From Thermoanaerobaculia bacterium (lineage in GTDB: Bacteria; Acidobacteriota; Thermoanaerobaculia; UBA5066; DATFVB01), in contig DATFVB010000073.1 of the NCBI GenBank assembly GCA_035260525.1, forward strand, positions 1,637 to 65,636: DNA of 64,000 nt, read 5' to 3'. This document shows positions 27,288 to 36,988 of this stretch, in pieces. Each line of letters starts with the position of its first letter. The first letter of the stretch is position 1. A program made the position numbers and the translations under genes. The notes beneath the pieces are model-generated. The model was not told the DNA's origin. It worked only from the letters and a program-made list of their open reading frames with translations, and ran no database searches.

Positions 27288-29369
27288 TCAGGAAATTTTC
27301 GCCGAGAACTTCTTCCCCTGGAGCGTCAATGTGAGCGAACGGCTGTCGCCGCCCGCGAACGTCGCCGTCAGGGGCTGATACCCTTTGATCGTCGGATCGG
27401 GCGTCGTCAGCCACACCTTCACGCTCACCGCGCCCGCCGCGACATGGATCGTGTCCGAGACGGTCCCCCCGTCCTTCTTTCCGAAGTCGAAGTTCTTCCG
27501 ATAAACGATCAAGTCGTTCACGGCCACCATCAGGTATCCCTTCGGGATCGGGCTCGCGAACGTCAGGCGCATCGTCGCGGGCCCGGCCGCCGCCGGCGCG
27601 GGCCGGGCGGCCGCTCCGGCCGCCGGCGCGCCGCCCGCGGCGCCCCGGGACTGCGGCTGGCCGGCGCGCGCGAGGGTCTGGGCCTTCTTCTTCTCCGCTT
27701 TCTTGAGCTCCGCGCGCTTGACGTTCGCGATCGAACGCCGCGCGTCTTCCGACAACTTCACCGCCTCCGGGTTCTGCGCGTCGATGTTCAACGCGGCCTC
27801 CGCTTCGGAGAGGGCGGCGTCGAAGTTCTTCTGCTCGAGCGCCGTCCGGCCGTTCTGGATGTGGGCCGCGACGAGAGCGGCCTTGGCCTGATCGGCCTTC
27901 TTCGACTCCTCGTTGCGCAGGCCCTCCTCCGCCATCTGGCTGTACTGGCGCGCGGCCTTCATCGAGGGATCCTTCTGGAGGATCGCGCGAAAGATCGCGA
28001 GGCTGTCGGCATAGCGACCCTTCTGGTACAGGTCCCGGCCCGAGGCGAACTGCTGCTCGAGCGCGAGTTGAACGCGGTTGATCTCGTCGGCCGCCTTCGC
28101 CGGCTCGGCCTTCGGGATCCGGAGCTTCAGCCCGATCACGACGGCGGCGACGGCGATCACGGCGAGACCGACGATTCCCCACCAGTATTTCGGGTTGACG
28201 GCGGCGTGCCAGACCGACGGGCCGGCCGGCGGAGCCGCGGGAGCGGGCGCCGAGAGGGCCGCAGCTTCCGCGGGGACACCCTCGGGCGGAGCGGCCGCGG
28301 CTGCCGGAGCCTCTCCGAGCGGATTCGTCTCGATCGGGACGTGCGGCGAGGAAGGGTGAGTCTCGTCGTGATCCACGCCCGGCCTCGCGCCGCCCGACGC
28401 CTCGGCCGCGCCCTGCCGGGCGACGTCCTCGAGGTTCTCGAGCTTGAGCGTCGGGAGATTCTCGGCGGAAGAGACCATCGTGCCGAGGTCCTGGAAGATC
28501 GCCTGTTCCTCGAACCGCGCCTTGGCCTGGTAGAGCGCGAGCGCGAGGTCTTTCCCTCTCTGGAAGCGGTTCCAGGGGTCCTTGGCGAGCGCCTTCGAGA
28601 GGATCGCGTCGAACTCCCCGGGGATGTTCTTCGACGGGTCGGCGATCGGCGCGTAGTTCTCGTGGACGATCTTGTAGGAAATGGTCGTCAGGTTCTCCCC
28701 GGAGAACGGCTTCTTGCGGGAGAGCATCTCGTAGAGCACGACGCCGAGGGAGAAGATGTCGCTGCGCCCGTCGACGGGCGCGCCGGTGACCTGCTCCGGC
28801 GACATGTAGTTCGGCGTGCCGAGGAACTGGCCGGTCGTCGTCAGGTTCGAAGACGCCACCTTCGCGATGCCGAAGTCGGTGATCTTCACCTTCCCGTCCG
28901 TCGTGATCATGATGTTCGCCGGCTTGACGTCGCGGTGGATGATCCCCTTGCGGTGCGCGTAGTCGAGCGCCTCGGCGACCTGCCCGATGATGTCGGCGAT
29001 CTGGTCGGGCGCGAAGCCGGCCCGGTCGACGAGGAGCGCCTTGATCGTCTTCCCCTCGATGTACTCCATCGCGATGAACGAGACGCCGCTGTCCTTGTCC
29101 TCACCGACGTCGTAGATCGTGACGATGTTCGGATGCGATAGGATCCCGGCGGTCTGCGCCTCGCGCATGAACCGCTCCCGGAATTCCCGCGACTCGGAAT
29201 CGTCCTCGTCTCCCGCGGACGCTCGGATCGTCTTGATCGCGACCAGCCGCCCGATCGAGGGGTCCTTGGCGAGGTAGACGACGCCCATGGCTCCCTTGCC
29301 GAGCTCGCTCAGGATCTCGAACCGGCCGAGACGGCTCAGCTTGGGAATGTTGTCGGCGCGTTCGCTCAT
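27288..29369 (-). CDS. Hanks-type Ser/Thr protein kinase with TM segment and extracytoplasmic C-terminal region
   Basis: GKGAMGVVYLAKD, VAIK, HRDVKPANI, DFGIA, GTPNYMSPE. One TM (WWGIVGLAVIAVAAVVIGL), a TPR-like segment and a PEGA-like C-terminal beta domain. Confidence 0.9.
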   Translation of the reverse strand: MSERADNIPKLSRLGRFEILSELGKGAMGVVYLAKDPSIGRLVAIKTIRASAGDEDDSESREFRERFMREAQTAGILSHPNIVTIYDVGEDKDSGVSFIAMEYIEGKTIKALLVDRAGFAPDQIADIIGQVAEALDYAHRKGIIHRDVKPANIMITTDGKVKITDFGIAKVASSNLTTTGQFLGTPNYMSPEQVTGAPVDGRSDIFSLGVVLYEMLSRKKPFSGENLTTISYKIVHENYAPIADPSKNIPGEFDAILSKALAKDPWNRFQRGKDLALALYQAKARFEEQAIFQDLGTMVSSAENLPTLKLENLEDVARQGAAEASGGARPGVDHDETHPSSPHVPIETNPLGEAPAAAAAPPEGVPAEAAALSAPAPAAPPAGPSVWHAAVNPKYWWGIVGLAVIAVAAVVIGLKLRIPKAEPAKAADEINRVQLALEQQFASGRDLYQKGRYADSLAIFRAILQKDPSMKAARQYSQMAEEGLRNEESKKADQAKAALVAAHIQNGRTALEQKNFDAALSEAEAALNIDAQNPEAVKLSEDARRSIANVKRAELKKAEKKKAQTLARAGQPQSRGAAGGAPAAGAAARPAPAAAGPATMRLTFASPIPKGYLMVAVNDLIVYRKNFDFGKKDGGTVSDTIHVAAGAVSVKVWLTTPDPTIKGYQPLTATFAGGDSRSLTLTLQGKKFSAKIS

Positions 29370-29486
29370 TGTCTTGTTTCCGGTTGTGGTCCTACAGGAT
29401 CCGAGAATTCTAAGAGGGGGGAACCGCGGGTGTCAACGCCGCCCGGGAGAGTGACCCGTCGTCGCTCCGCCGCGAAAGCCCGCGCC

Positions 29487-30554
29487 TCAACCGAGTTTCG
29501 GAGGAGCGGGCCGCGCGGCCGCGGCGCGCACGCGCGCGTCCTGACGCTCGAAACCCAGCTGCGCGATCCGGTCGAGCAGCTCTCCCAGGGGCACGCCGGC
29601 GCGCTCCCAGAGCTTCGGGTACATCGAGATGGACGTGAATCCGGGCAGCGTATTGAGCTCGTTCACCAGGACGCGGCCGGTCGATTTCTCCACGAAGAAG
29701 TCGGCGCGGGCGAAGCCGGAACACCCGGCGATCATGAAGGCGCGCACGGCGAGGGAGCGCACCTCCTCCGCCACGCGGGGCGGAAGGGGCGCCGGAATGA
29801 GAAGCCGGGCGCCGTCGCTCAGGTACTTGTCGTCGTAGTCGTAAAACTCCCGGCCGGGTACGATCTCGCCGCATCCCGAAGCGCCCGGTTCGTCGTTGCC
29901 GAGCACGCCGCACTCGACCTCGCGCGCGTCGATCCCCTCCTCCAGCAGGACCGTGCGGTCGTAGGCGAACGCCTCCTCGACCGCGCTTCCGAGCCCTTCC
30001 CACTCCTTCACTTTCGTCACGCCGAGCGAGGACCCTCCGGCGGACGGCTTGACGAAGACGGGAAGCGGGAGGCGCCGCGCCGCGGCCTCCGCGACCGATG
30101 ACGCGCTCCCCGACCATTCGCTCCGCTCGACGGCGATCGAGCGGGCGACCGGAAGCCCGGCGTCGCGCATCCTCGCCTTGAACGCGGCCTTGTTCATCCC
30201 GAGCGCCGATCCGGCGACGTCGGACCCCGCGTACGGAATCCCGAGCGTCTCGAAGAACCCCTGGAGGGTCCCGTCCTCGCCGGTTTCCCCGTGGACGATC
30301 GGGAACGCGAGGTCGATCCCGTCGAACCGTCCGGCGGGGAGCCGCACCGAGGCGCCCGGAGCGGCGCCGAAGCCGCCGCGGAGGATCGCCCGCGAGTCCG
30401 CGTCGTCGCGGAAGTTTCCCGAGGGGTCGATCGCGATCGGCACGGTCTCGTACCGATCGGGCGGGAATCCGGCCACGATCGTCCGCGCCGACACGATCGA
30501 CACCTCTCGCTCGGCCGAGGCGCCGCCGAAAACGACGGCGACCCGCGTCCTCAC
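29487..30554 (-). CDS. ddl: D-alanine--D-alanine ligase
   Basis: GTG start at 30554 (GTGA overlap). VAVVFGG, GEDGTLQG, ATP-grasp motifs NELNTLPGFT. Confidence 0.9.
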   Translation of the reverse strand: MRTRVAVVFGGASAEREVSIVSARTIVAGFPPDRYETVPIAIDPSGNFRDDADSRAILRGGFGAAPGASVRLPAGRFDGIDLAFPIVHGETGEDGTLQGFFETLGIPYAGSDVAGSALGMNKAAFKARMRDAGLPVARSIAVERSEWSGSASSVAEAAARRLPLPVFVKPSAGGSSLGVTKVKEWEGLGSAVEEAFAYDRTVLLEEGIDAREVECGVLGNDEPGASGCGEIVPGREFYDYDDKYLSDGARLLIPAPLPPRVAEEVRSLAVRAFMIAGCSGFARADFFVEKSTGRVLVNELNTLPGFTSISMYPKLWERAGVPLGELLDRIAQLGFERQDARVRAAAARPAPPKLG

Positions 30555-32131
30555 CACTCGACGACGCGGACCGCGCGGATCGGCCCGGCGCGCTCGAGCG
30601 CGACGACCGCGTCGGGGGGCGGGACCGTGTCGACCGACAGCACCGACACCGCGCCCCCGGCGGGTTCGCCGCGGGACAGCGCGAGCTCGCCGATGTTGAT
30701 CCCCGCTTTCCCGAGGATCGTTCCGACGAGCCCCACGACGCCCGGAACGTCGTCGTTCTCGACGTACAGCGCGACGCCGCGCGGGCGGAACTCGACCGGC
30801 CGGCCGTCCACCGAGACGAGCCGCGCGTCGCCGCGGCCGAAGATCGTCCCTTCGACGGACCGGACGCGCCCGCCGACGTCCAGGGTCACGCGGAGCAGCG
30901 CGGCGTAGTCCCCCTTCTCCTCGTGGGACGTCTCCGCGATCGATATCCCCCGGTCCCGCGCGGCCGAAAGAGCGTTGACGAGATTCACCGTCTCGGGCGA
31001 CGACCCGGAGAGGGCGCCCTTGACCGCCGCGAGCGCCGCCGGTCGGAGGAACTCGGCCGGAAGGTTCCACGCGTCCACCGCGATGCCCCGAACGAGGCCG
31101 TCGGCGATGCCCCGAAGGAACCGCGTGGCGCGTTCGGCGAGGTCCATCCAGGCCGCCGCGCCCGCGGGATCGGAGAGCTTCCGGAACGGAAGGTTGACGG
31201 CGGGGACGTAGGCCGCCCCGGCGAGGGCGTCGCGCACGGCGTCGACGGTCTGCGCGGCGACGCGCTCCTGCGCCTCCTGCGTCGAGGCGCCGAGATGCGG
31301 CGTCGCCAGGACGTTGGGCCGCTGGAAAATCGGATGCGCGACGTCCGGCGGCTCCGGGTCGAACACGTCGAGGGCCGCGCCGCCGAGCCGCCCCGCGGCG
31401 AGCGCGGCGTCGAGAGCGTCGAGGTCGACGAGGCTCCCCCGCGCCACGTTGACGAGGAAGGCTCCGGGCTTCATCGCCGCGAGCGCGCGGGCGTCGATCA
31501 TCTTCTTCGCCGACTCCGTCGCCGTCGCGTGCAGCGTCACGACGTCGGCGCGCGCCAGCAGCGTCTCGAGCTCGACGAGGTCGACGCCGATCTCGCGCGC
31601 CTTCTCGGGAGGAAGGAAGGGGTCGTAACCGACGACCGACGCGCCGAACGCCTGCGCGCGGCTCGCGACCCGCGACCCGACCTGCCCGACGCCGACGATC
31701 CCGACGACCTTTCCCTCGAGCTCCATCCCGACGAACTTCGAGCGCTCCCACTTCCCCGCCGCGAGAGACGCCGCCGCGGGGACGATGCGCCGCAGCAGCG
31801 CCAGCAGCAGGGCGAACGTGTGCTCGACGGCGGAGACGACGTTGCCGGTCGGGGAATTGATGACGAGGACGCCCCGTTTCGTCGCCGCCGGCATGTCGAC
31901 GTTGTCGACTCCCACGCCCGCGCGGCCGACGATCGAGAGCCGGGGCGCGGCGGCGAGAAGCTCGGCGTCCACTTTCGTTCCGCTCCGGACGAGCAGGACG
32001 TCCGCCTCGCCGAGCGCGGCGAGGAGCTTCACGCGCGGCCAGCCCACCGCGTCGACGATCTCGTGGCCGTCGCCGCGGAGCCGATCGATCCCGCCCGGAG
32101 AGATCTTCTCCGCGACGACGATCCGGCTCAA
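30551..32131 (-). CDS. serA: D-3-phosphoglycerate dehydrogenase with C-terminal ACT domain
   Basis: TTG start at 32131 (TTGA overlap). GIVGVGQVGSRVA NAD-binding motif. Catalytic R/E/H region (ARGSLVD ... PHLGAST). ACT domain at the C-terminus. Confidence 0.9.
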   Translation of the reverse strand: MSRIVVAEKISPGGIDRLRGDGHEIVDAVGWPRVKLLAALGEADVLLVRSGTKVDAELLAAAPRLSIVGRAGVGVDNVDMPAATKRGVLVINSPTGNVVSAVEHTFALLLALLRRIVPAAASLAAGKWERSKFVGMELEGKVVGIVGVGQVGSRVASRAQAFGASVVGYDPFLPPEKAREIGVDLVELETLLARADVVTLHATATESAKKMIDARALAAMKPGAFLVNVARGSLVDLDALDAALAAGRLGGAALDVFDPEPPDVAHPIFQRPNVLATPHLGASTQEAQERVAAQTVDAVRDALAGAAYVPAVNLPFRKLSDPAGAAAWMDLAERATRFLRGIADGLVRGIAVDAWNLPAEFLRPAALAAVKGALSGSSPETVNLVNALSAARDRGISIAETSHEEKGDYAALLRVTLDVGGRVRSVEGTIFGRGDARLVSVDGRPVEFRPRGVALYVENDDVPGVVGLVGTILGKAGINIGELALSRGEPAGGAVSVLSVDTVPPPDAVVALERAGPIRAVRVVEW

Positions 32132-33231
32132 CCGCGGCTGTCCGGCATCGCGGCGTCGATCGCCGCCAGGAGGTTTTCGAGCGAATCCGCGTCGATGTCG
32201 CCCATGTGGGCGATCCGGAACGTCTCGCTCTTGAGCTTCCCGTAGCCGCCGCCGATCGTCCACCCGGCCGCCGAGAGGTTGTTCTTGAGCTTCTCCGCGG
32301 AAACCCCGGCGGGCGGCCGCAGGCAGGAGACCGTGGGCGAACGGTCGGATTCGCGCGCGGCGAAGAACGCGCAACCGCTCTTCTGCGCCCAGCGGGCGAC
32401 CATTTCGCGGAGAGCCCGGTGGCGCTCGAACCGCGCGGCCATCGTCTCGCGCTCGAGGAAGTCGAGCTGGACGTCGAGGGCGTACAGGTGCGGGATCGAC
32501 GGCGTCGTCGGCGTGTGGTGCTTCTTCGAGAACTCCTCGTATTCCGAGAATCGGAAGTAGTGCGAGCGGACGCCGGCCGAGCGCGACCGCTCGAGGAGCC
32601 GCTTCGACACCGCGCCGACGGCGAGGCCCGGCGGGAGCGCGAGCGCCTTCTGCGAGCCCGCGAGGACGAGGTCGAGCCCCCACTCGTCGGTCCGGACCGG
32701 AGCGCCCGCGAGCGACGTGACCGCGTCGACGAGGAGAAACGCGTCCGAGTTCTCGCGTACGACGCGCGCGATCTCCGCGAGCGGGGAGATCACTCCCGTC
32801 GACGTCTCGTTGTGGACGACCGTCACCGCGTCGTACTTCTTTTCGGCGAGCGCCTTCCGGAGGCGGTCGGGGTCGGCCGCCTCGCCCCACGCGAACGCGA
32901 GCCGGTCCGCTTCGAAGCCGTTGTCGGTCGCGATCTTGTTCCAGCGCTCCGAGAACGCGCCGACGGTGACCGAGAGCACGCGCGACGGGGCCGCGTTCTG
33001 CAGGCCGGCCTCCATGAGGCCCGTCGCCGACGACGTCGCGAGCAGCACGAAGTTCGTCGTGTCGAACACCATCGGCATGCGGCGCTCGATCCGCTCCTGG
33101 AGATCGGCATACGACTTCCCGCGGTGTCCGATCATCGGTTTGGAGAGCGCCGCGAGCACCTCGGGGCGGACCCACACGGGACCGGGGAGGAAGAACCTGA
33201 TCGTCCCGGCAAACGGCGGTTTGTCGCTCAT
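32128..33231 (-). CDS. Class-V aminotransferase (phosphoserine or alanine-glyoxylate aminotransferase family), likely SerC function
   Basis: PLP fold with SQKAL containing the lysine. Immediately upstream of serA. Confidence 0.8.
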   Translation of the reverse strand: MSDKPPFAGTIRFFLPGPVWVRPEVLAALSKPMIGHRGKSYADLQERIERRMPMVFDTTNFVLLATSSATGLMEAGLQNAAPSRVLSVTVGAFSERWNKIATDNGFEADRLAFAWGEAADPDRLRKALAEKKYDAVTVVHNETSTGVISPLAEIARVVRENSDAFLLVDAVTSLAGAPVRTDEWGLDLVLAGSQKALALPPGLAVGAVSKRLLERSRSAGVRSHYFRFSEYEEFSKKHHTPTTPSIPHLYALDVQLDFLERETMAARFERHRALREMVARWAQKSGCAFFAARESDRSPTVSCLRPPAGVSAEKLKNNLSAAGWTIGGGYGKLKSETFRIAHMGDIDADSLENLLAAIDAAMPDSRG

Positions 33232-33263
33232 GGAATCGATTCTTCCTTCTGCCGCCGGTCCTG

Positions 33264-33911
33264 TCAAACGAAGCGCTCGAGCGCTCCCGGGAGCTCGTCG
33301 AGGGAGGCGATCATCGCGTCGGCCCCCGCCTCCCGCAGGTACTCCTCGGAGCGGGATCCCGTCGGAAGCACGATCGCCCGGCAACCTCCCGCCCGCGCGA
33401 AAGCGACGTCCACCTCCATGTCGCCGACGCAGACGGTCTCGGCCGCCCCGGCGCCCATGGCGGAGAGGAGCGAGCGGAGCATCGCCGGATCGGGCTTGGG
33501 CGGGTGCGCGTCGTCGGGTCCGGCGATCGCGGCGAAACACGACGCGATTCCCTTCGCCTCGAGAATCATCCGGGAGAACCGCGGCGGCTTGTTCGACGCG
33601 AGCGCGAGCGCGAACCCGGCCGCCTCGAGCCGCATGAGCGCCGCCTCGACGCCGGGAAGGAGGCGCGAGCCGCTGACGGCGACCTCCGGGTAGCGCGCGC
33701 GGAAGAGGCGGACGCCCTCGGCCGCGAGCTCCGTGCCGGCCGCCTGCTCGAGAAGGCTCTCGAGCCCGTGGCCGACCATCGCTCGAACGCTCGCGCGGCC
33801 GGGGACGGGAAGGCCGAGACCGGTCATCGCATAGCCGAGCGCGTCGTGGATCGCGTCGTAGCCGTCGATCAGGGTCCCGTCGAGGTCGAAGACGACCGCG
33901 CGAGGCTTCAA
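33264..33911 (-). CDS. HAD-family hydrolase (phosphoglycolate-phosphatase-like)
   Basis: VVFDLDGTL motif I, SNKP motif, GDMEVD motif IV. TTG start at 33911 (TTGA overlap). Confidence 0.75.
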   Translation of the reverse strand: MKPRAVVFDLDGTLIDGYDAIHDALGYAMTGLGLPVPGRASVRAMVGHGLESLLEQAAGTELAAEGVRLFRARYPEVAVSGSRLLPGVEAALMRLEAAGFALALASNKPPRFSRMILEAKGIASCFAAIAGPDDAHPPKPDPAMLRSLLSAMGAGAAETVCVGDMEVDVAFARAGGCRAIVLPTGSRSEEYLREAGADAMIASLDELPGALERFV

Positions 33912-35527
33912 GAGGCGAACCGGGCGGCCTTCATCAGCTCCCCGGCGAGCGCGCCCAGTTCGCGCGAGAAGTCCCGTCCGGCGAACTCGACCGTCCGCTC
34001 CCCGGCGCGGCCGACCTCGATCCGGAGCATCGGGAGCGACTTGTAGCCTTCGACCAGCACGAGATCGCACTCCCCGAAGTCCCGGTCGAGGATCCGCCGC
34101 AGGTCGATCGACTCGCGCCGACGGATCGTCGAAGCGGACGGGCGGACGAACGCCGCGGGATCTCCGCCCGCCGCGACATGCCTCGCCGAATCCTTTCCGG
34201 GCAGGTCGTCGTAGACCTCGTGGGGGGTGTGCTTGATGGTCCCCACGCACATCCCGCGCGCGCGGAGCAGCGGCAGGAGCTTCTCGAGAACGGTCGTCTT
34301 CCCGGAATCGTGTGCCCCCGAGATCCCGACCGCGACGGGCCACGAATCCGAGTAGAGCCGGCTCTCCGGGGAGAACGGCGCGACGTCCTGCTGCCTCGCG
34401 TAGAACGGAGCGAGGTCCTCGCGCGCCTCGAGCCGTTCCCGGAACTCGGACGATCCCGTCAGGAGGTCGATCGCGGGCCGGTCCTCGAACTCGTACGGGT
34501 CGGCCCGCCAGCGGAACTCGCGCGGCGCCTGGCGGGCGGCTTGCTCGACGATGCGGAGGCCCGTCTCGTACGGGCGGTAGACGTCCGGGTCGGTCACGTC
34601 CTGGAAGACGCCGTGGCAGGTCTCGCCGGCGTGCTTGTGGAATTGCGGCCGGAAGTGGACGGCCCGGAACCGCACGCCGGGAAGGCCGAGCTCCGACATC
34701 GCGCCGGCGAGCCGCCCTGCGTCGAGATACGGCGCTCCGACCTGCTCGAACGGGCGCGTCGTGCCGCGTCCCTCCGAGAGGTTCGTCGCCTCGAACAGGC
34801 ACCCGCCCGGGTACACGAGCGCGGTCGAAAGCGAAGGCATGTTGGGCGAAGGCGATACCCACGGCACGCCGGCCGGCCATGCCCGGCGCCTTCCCCACGC
34901 GCGCATCGGGACGACGGTCAGGTCCGCTTCCGGCCGGGCCTCGGCCTGGTACTGCCGGGCGAGCTCGCCGACGGTCCGTCCGTGCCGGACCGGCACGCGC
35001 CGCCACCCGACGAACGAAGTATGGTCGGGCGACTGCGGCTCCCCCTCCACGCGTTCCCCGATCGGGTTGGGCCGGTCGCACACGACCACGCGGACTCCCG
35101 CGCGCGCCGCGGCGTCGATCGCGAGGCAGATCGTCCAGACGAACGTGTAGTAGCGCGAGCCGACGTCCTGCAGGTCGCACACGAGAACGTCGATCCCTTC
35201 GAGGTCCGAAGGCTTCGGCGAGAGCGTCTCGAACGTCGAGCCGTAGAGAGAGCGGACCGCCAGCCCGGTGCCGGGGTGCACGGCGTCGGCGACGGCCGCC
35301 ATGTCCTGGGCGCTTCCGTCGATCCCGTGCTCCGGTCCGAAGAGGCGGACGAGCCGGGTCCCGGGGATCCGGCGAAGGACCTGCCATGAGGCCTCGCCCG
35401 TCGCGGTGACTCCCGCGGGGTGCGAGAGGAGCGCCGCGCGCGCCCCTTCGACGGCGGCGGGGTCCTCCTCGAGCGCCTCGATGCCGAAGCAGAACACGCG
35501 CGGGATGATATCCCCCCCCCGTCGCAA
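33908..35527 (-). CDS. Fusion protein: DUF1343 (NamZ-like exo-muramidase family) N-terminal domain plus C-terminal MobB-like P-loop domain
   Basis: DUF1343-like N-terminal 380 aa. C-terminal VGISGAHDSGKTTVLEKLLPLLRARGMCVGTIKHTPHE is a MobB-type Walker A region. A G9 homopolymer at 35511-35520 lies in the first codons, so the start is uncertain. Confidence 0.65.
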   Translation of the reverse strand: MRRGGDIIPRVFCFGIEALEEDPAAVEGARAALLSHPAGVTATGEASWQVLRRIPGTRLVRLFGPEHGIDGSAQDMAAVADAVHPGTGLAVRSLYGSTFETLSPKPSDLEGIDVLVCDLQDVGSRYYTFVWTICLAIDAAARAGVRVVVCDRPNPIGERVEGEPQSPDHTSFVGWRRVPVRHGRTVGELARQYQAEARPEADLTVVPMRAWGRRRAWPAGVPWVSPSPNMPSLSTALVYPGGCLFEATNLSEGRGTTRPFEQVGAPYLDAGRLAGAMSELGLPGVRFRAVHFRPQFHKHAGETCHGVFQDVTDPDVYRPYETGLRIVEQAARQAPREFRWRADPYEFEDRPAIDLLTGSSEFRERLEAREDLAPFYARQQDVAPFSPESRLYSDSWPVAVGISGAHDSGKTTVLEKLLPLLRARGMCVGTIKHTPHEVYDDLPGKDSARHVAAGGDPAAFVRPSASTIRRRESIDLRRILDRDFGECDLVLVEGYKSLPMLRIEVGRAGERTVEFAGRDFSRELGALAGELMKAARFAS

Positions 35528-35820
35528 TCGCGACGCTCGCGGAGCTCGGATCGCGATTGCTCCCGCCGCGCGGGCGTTCCGCTCGATGGCTCGCGCACTG
35601 GCGTGCGCGGCGATCGGCGCGCTCGGCGCTGACGCGCCGGCCGCTCCGCGGCCGCGACCGGCGTCGCGCGCTGGATACCCTTCACGGAACGCTCTCCGCG
35701 CGTCGACTCTCGCGGCTCGGGCTCCCGCCCTCGACCACTTCGGCGCCCCACGGGAGCCGGGTCCCGCGGGCGTCGTTCCGGCGACATGAACTCAGGGCCG
35801 ACTTTTTCGTATCCTCGGAC

Positions 35821-36978
35821 ATGCCGATCCTGCGGGAGTGGATGGCCATGGCGCGCGAAACGGCGCGTTCGCTCCGCCGCGACGAGGTCGTCGGACTCTA
35901 CTCGCGCGAGTGGAAAGGGGCGCGCCGGCAGCTCGTCTCCGAGCACCGCGAGGAGATCGAGCGGACCCGCAACGGCGTCCGGCGGTTCTTCCGCATCGTC
36001 AACGCGGTCGCGTTCGGTCTCGTCAAGCGGCTCGCTCCGCCTCGGCGCCTCGTCTTCGCCGTCGCCGGCCTGTTCCTGGTCGGCGCGCTCGTCACGGGCC
36101 TCCAGATGGCCTCGGGGCACCGGGCCGAGGCGGAATACTGGCGGCTCGCCTCCAACACCGTCGATTTCCTCCTCGCGGCGTTCCTGCTGATGACCTTCCT
36201 CCTCGCGATGGAGCTGATCGACAAGCTGCAGTTTCGCGACGAGCTCGTGCTCGCGCGCGAGCTCCAGCGCGACCTCCTCCCGAAGGCCGTCCCGAAGGTC
36301 CCGGGATTCGAGCTCTCCGCGTACAACCGGATCGCGAACATGGTCGGCGGCGACCTCTACGACTTCACCCCGCTCCCCGACGGACGGCTCGCGGTCCTCT
36401 TCGGAGACGCCTCCGGCCACGGGATGACGGCGGGCCTCGTGATGGCGGTGGCTCACGCCGCATTCCAGACGCAGCTCGAATCGGACCCGTCGCCCGCGGC
36501 GATCGTCGGCACGTTGAACCGGGTGCTTTGCCGCACCGGCGGCCCGCGGTCGTTCTTCTCCTGCGTCTACCTGCTGCTCTCGCCCGACGGGTCGTTCTCG
36601 GCGACCGTTGCCGGGCATCCGCCGGTCCTGCTCGTCGGAGACGACGGGACGGTTCGGCGGGAGGTCGGGCGGGGCGCGTATCCGCTCGGGATCAAGACCG
36701 GCCTCGACTGGCTTCCCATTCCGGGAGCGGTCGCCCCCGGAGAGCTCCTCGTGTTCTGCTCGGACGGACTGGCGGAGGCCAGGAGCGCCGCCGGAGAGGA
36801 GTTCGGCGACGCGCGGATCGCCGCGATCGTGCGCGATCACGCGGGGCGCGCCGCGTCGGACGTCGTCGAGTCCCTCGCTTCGGAAGTCGCCCGCTTCTGC
36901 GGCCGCGAAGCTCCTGAGGACGACATCTCGATCCTCGTGATCAAGCGCGCCGCCGCCCTGCGGGCGCTTCCGGCCTGA
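35821..36978 (+). CDS. PP2C-family (SpoIIE/RsbU-like) serine phosphatase with two N-terminal TM helices
   Basis: ATG at 35821. GGDLYDF, FGDASGHG, DGL.E motifs. Confidence 0.85.
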   Translation: MPILREWMAMARETARSLRRDEVVGLYSREWKGARRQLVSEHREEIERTRNGVRRFFRIVNAVAFGLVKRLAPPRRLVFAVAGLFLVGALVTGLQMASGHRAEAEYWRLASNTVDFLLAAFLLMTFLLAMELIDKLQFRDELVLARELQRDLLPKAVPKVPGFELSAYNRIANMVGGDLYDFTPLPDGRLAVLFGDASGHGMTAGLVMAVAHAAFQTQLESDPSPAAIVGTLNRVLCRTGGPRSFFSCVYLLLSPDGSFSATVAGHPPVLLVGDDGTVRREVGRGAYPLGIKTGLDWLPIPGAVAPGELLVFCSDGLAEARSAAGEEFGDARIAAIVRDHAGRAASDVVESLASEVARFCGREAPEDDISILVIKRAAALRALPA

Positions 36979-36988
36979 TTCCGCCCCC

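Noticed and set aside
35530-35820. Possible copy of the 120-bp repeat family in the divergent region upstream of the PP2C gene (shares ccgctcgatgg)
   Set aside because: Only a 10-11-nt match, with no core or stem structure. This is probably chance in GC-rich DNA.
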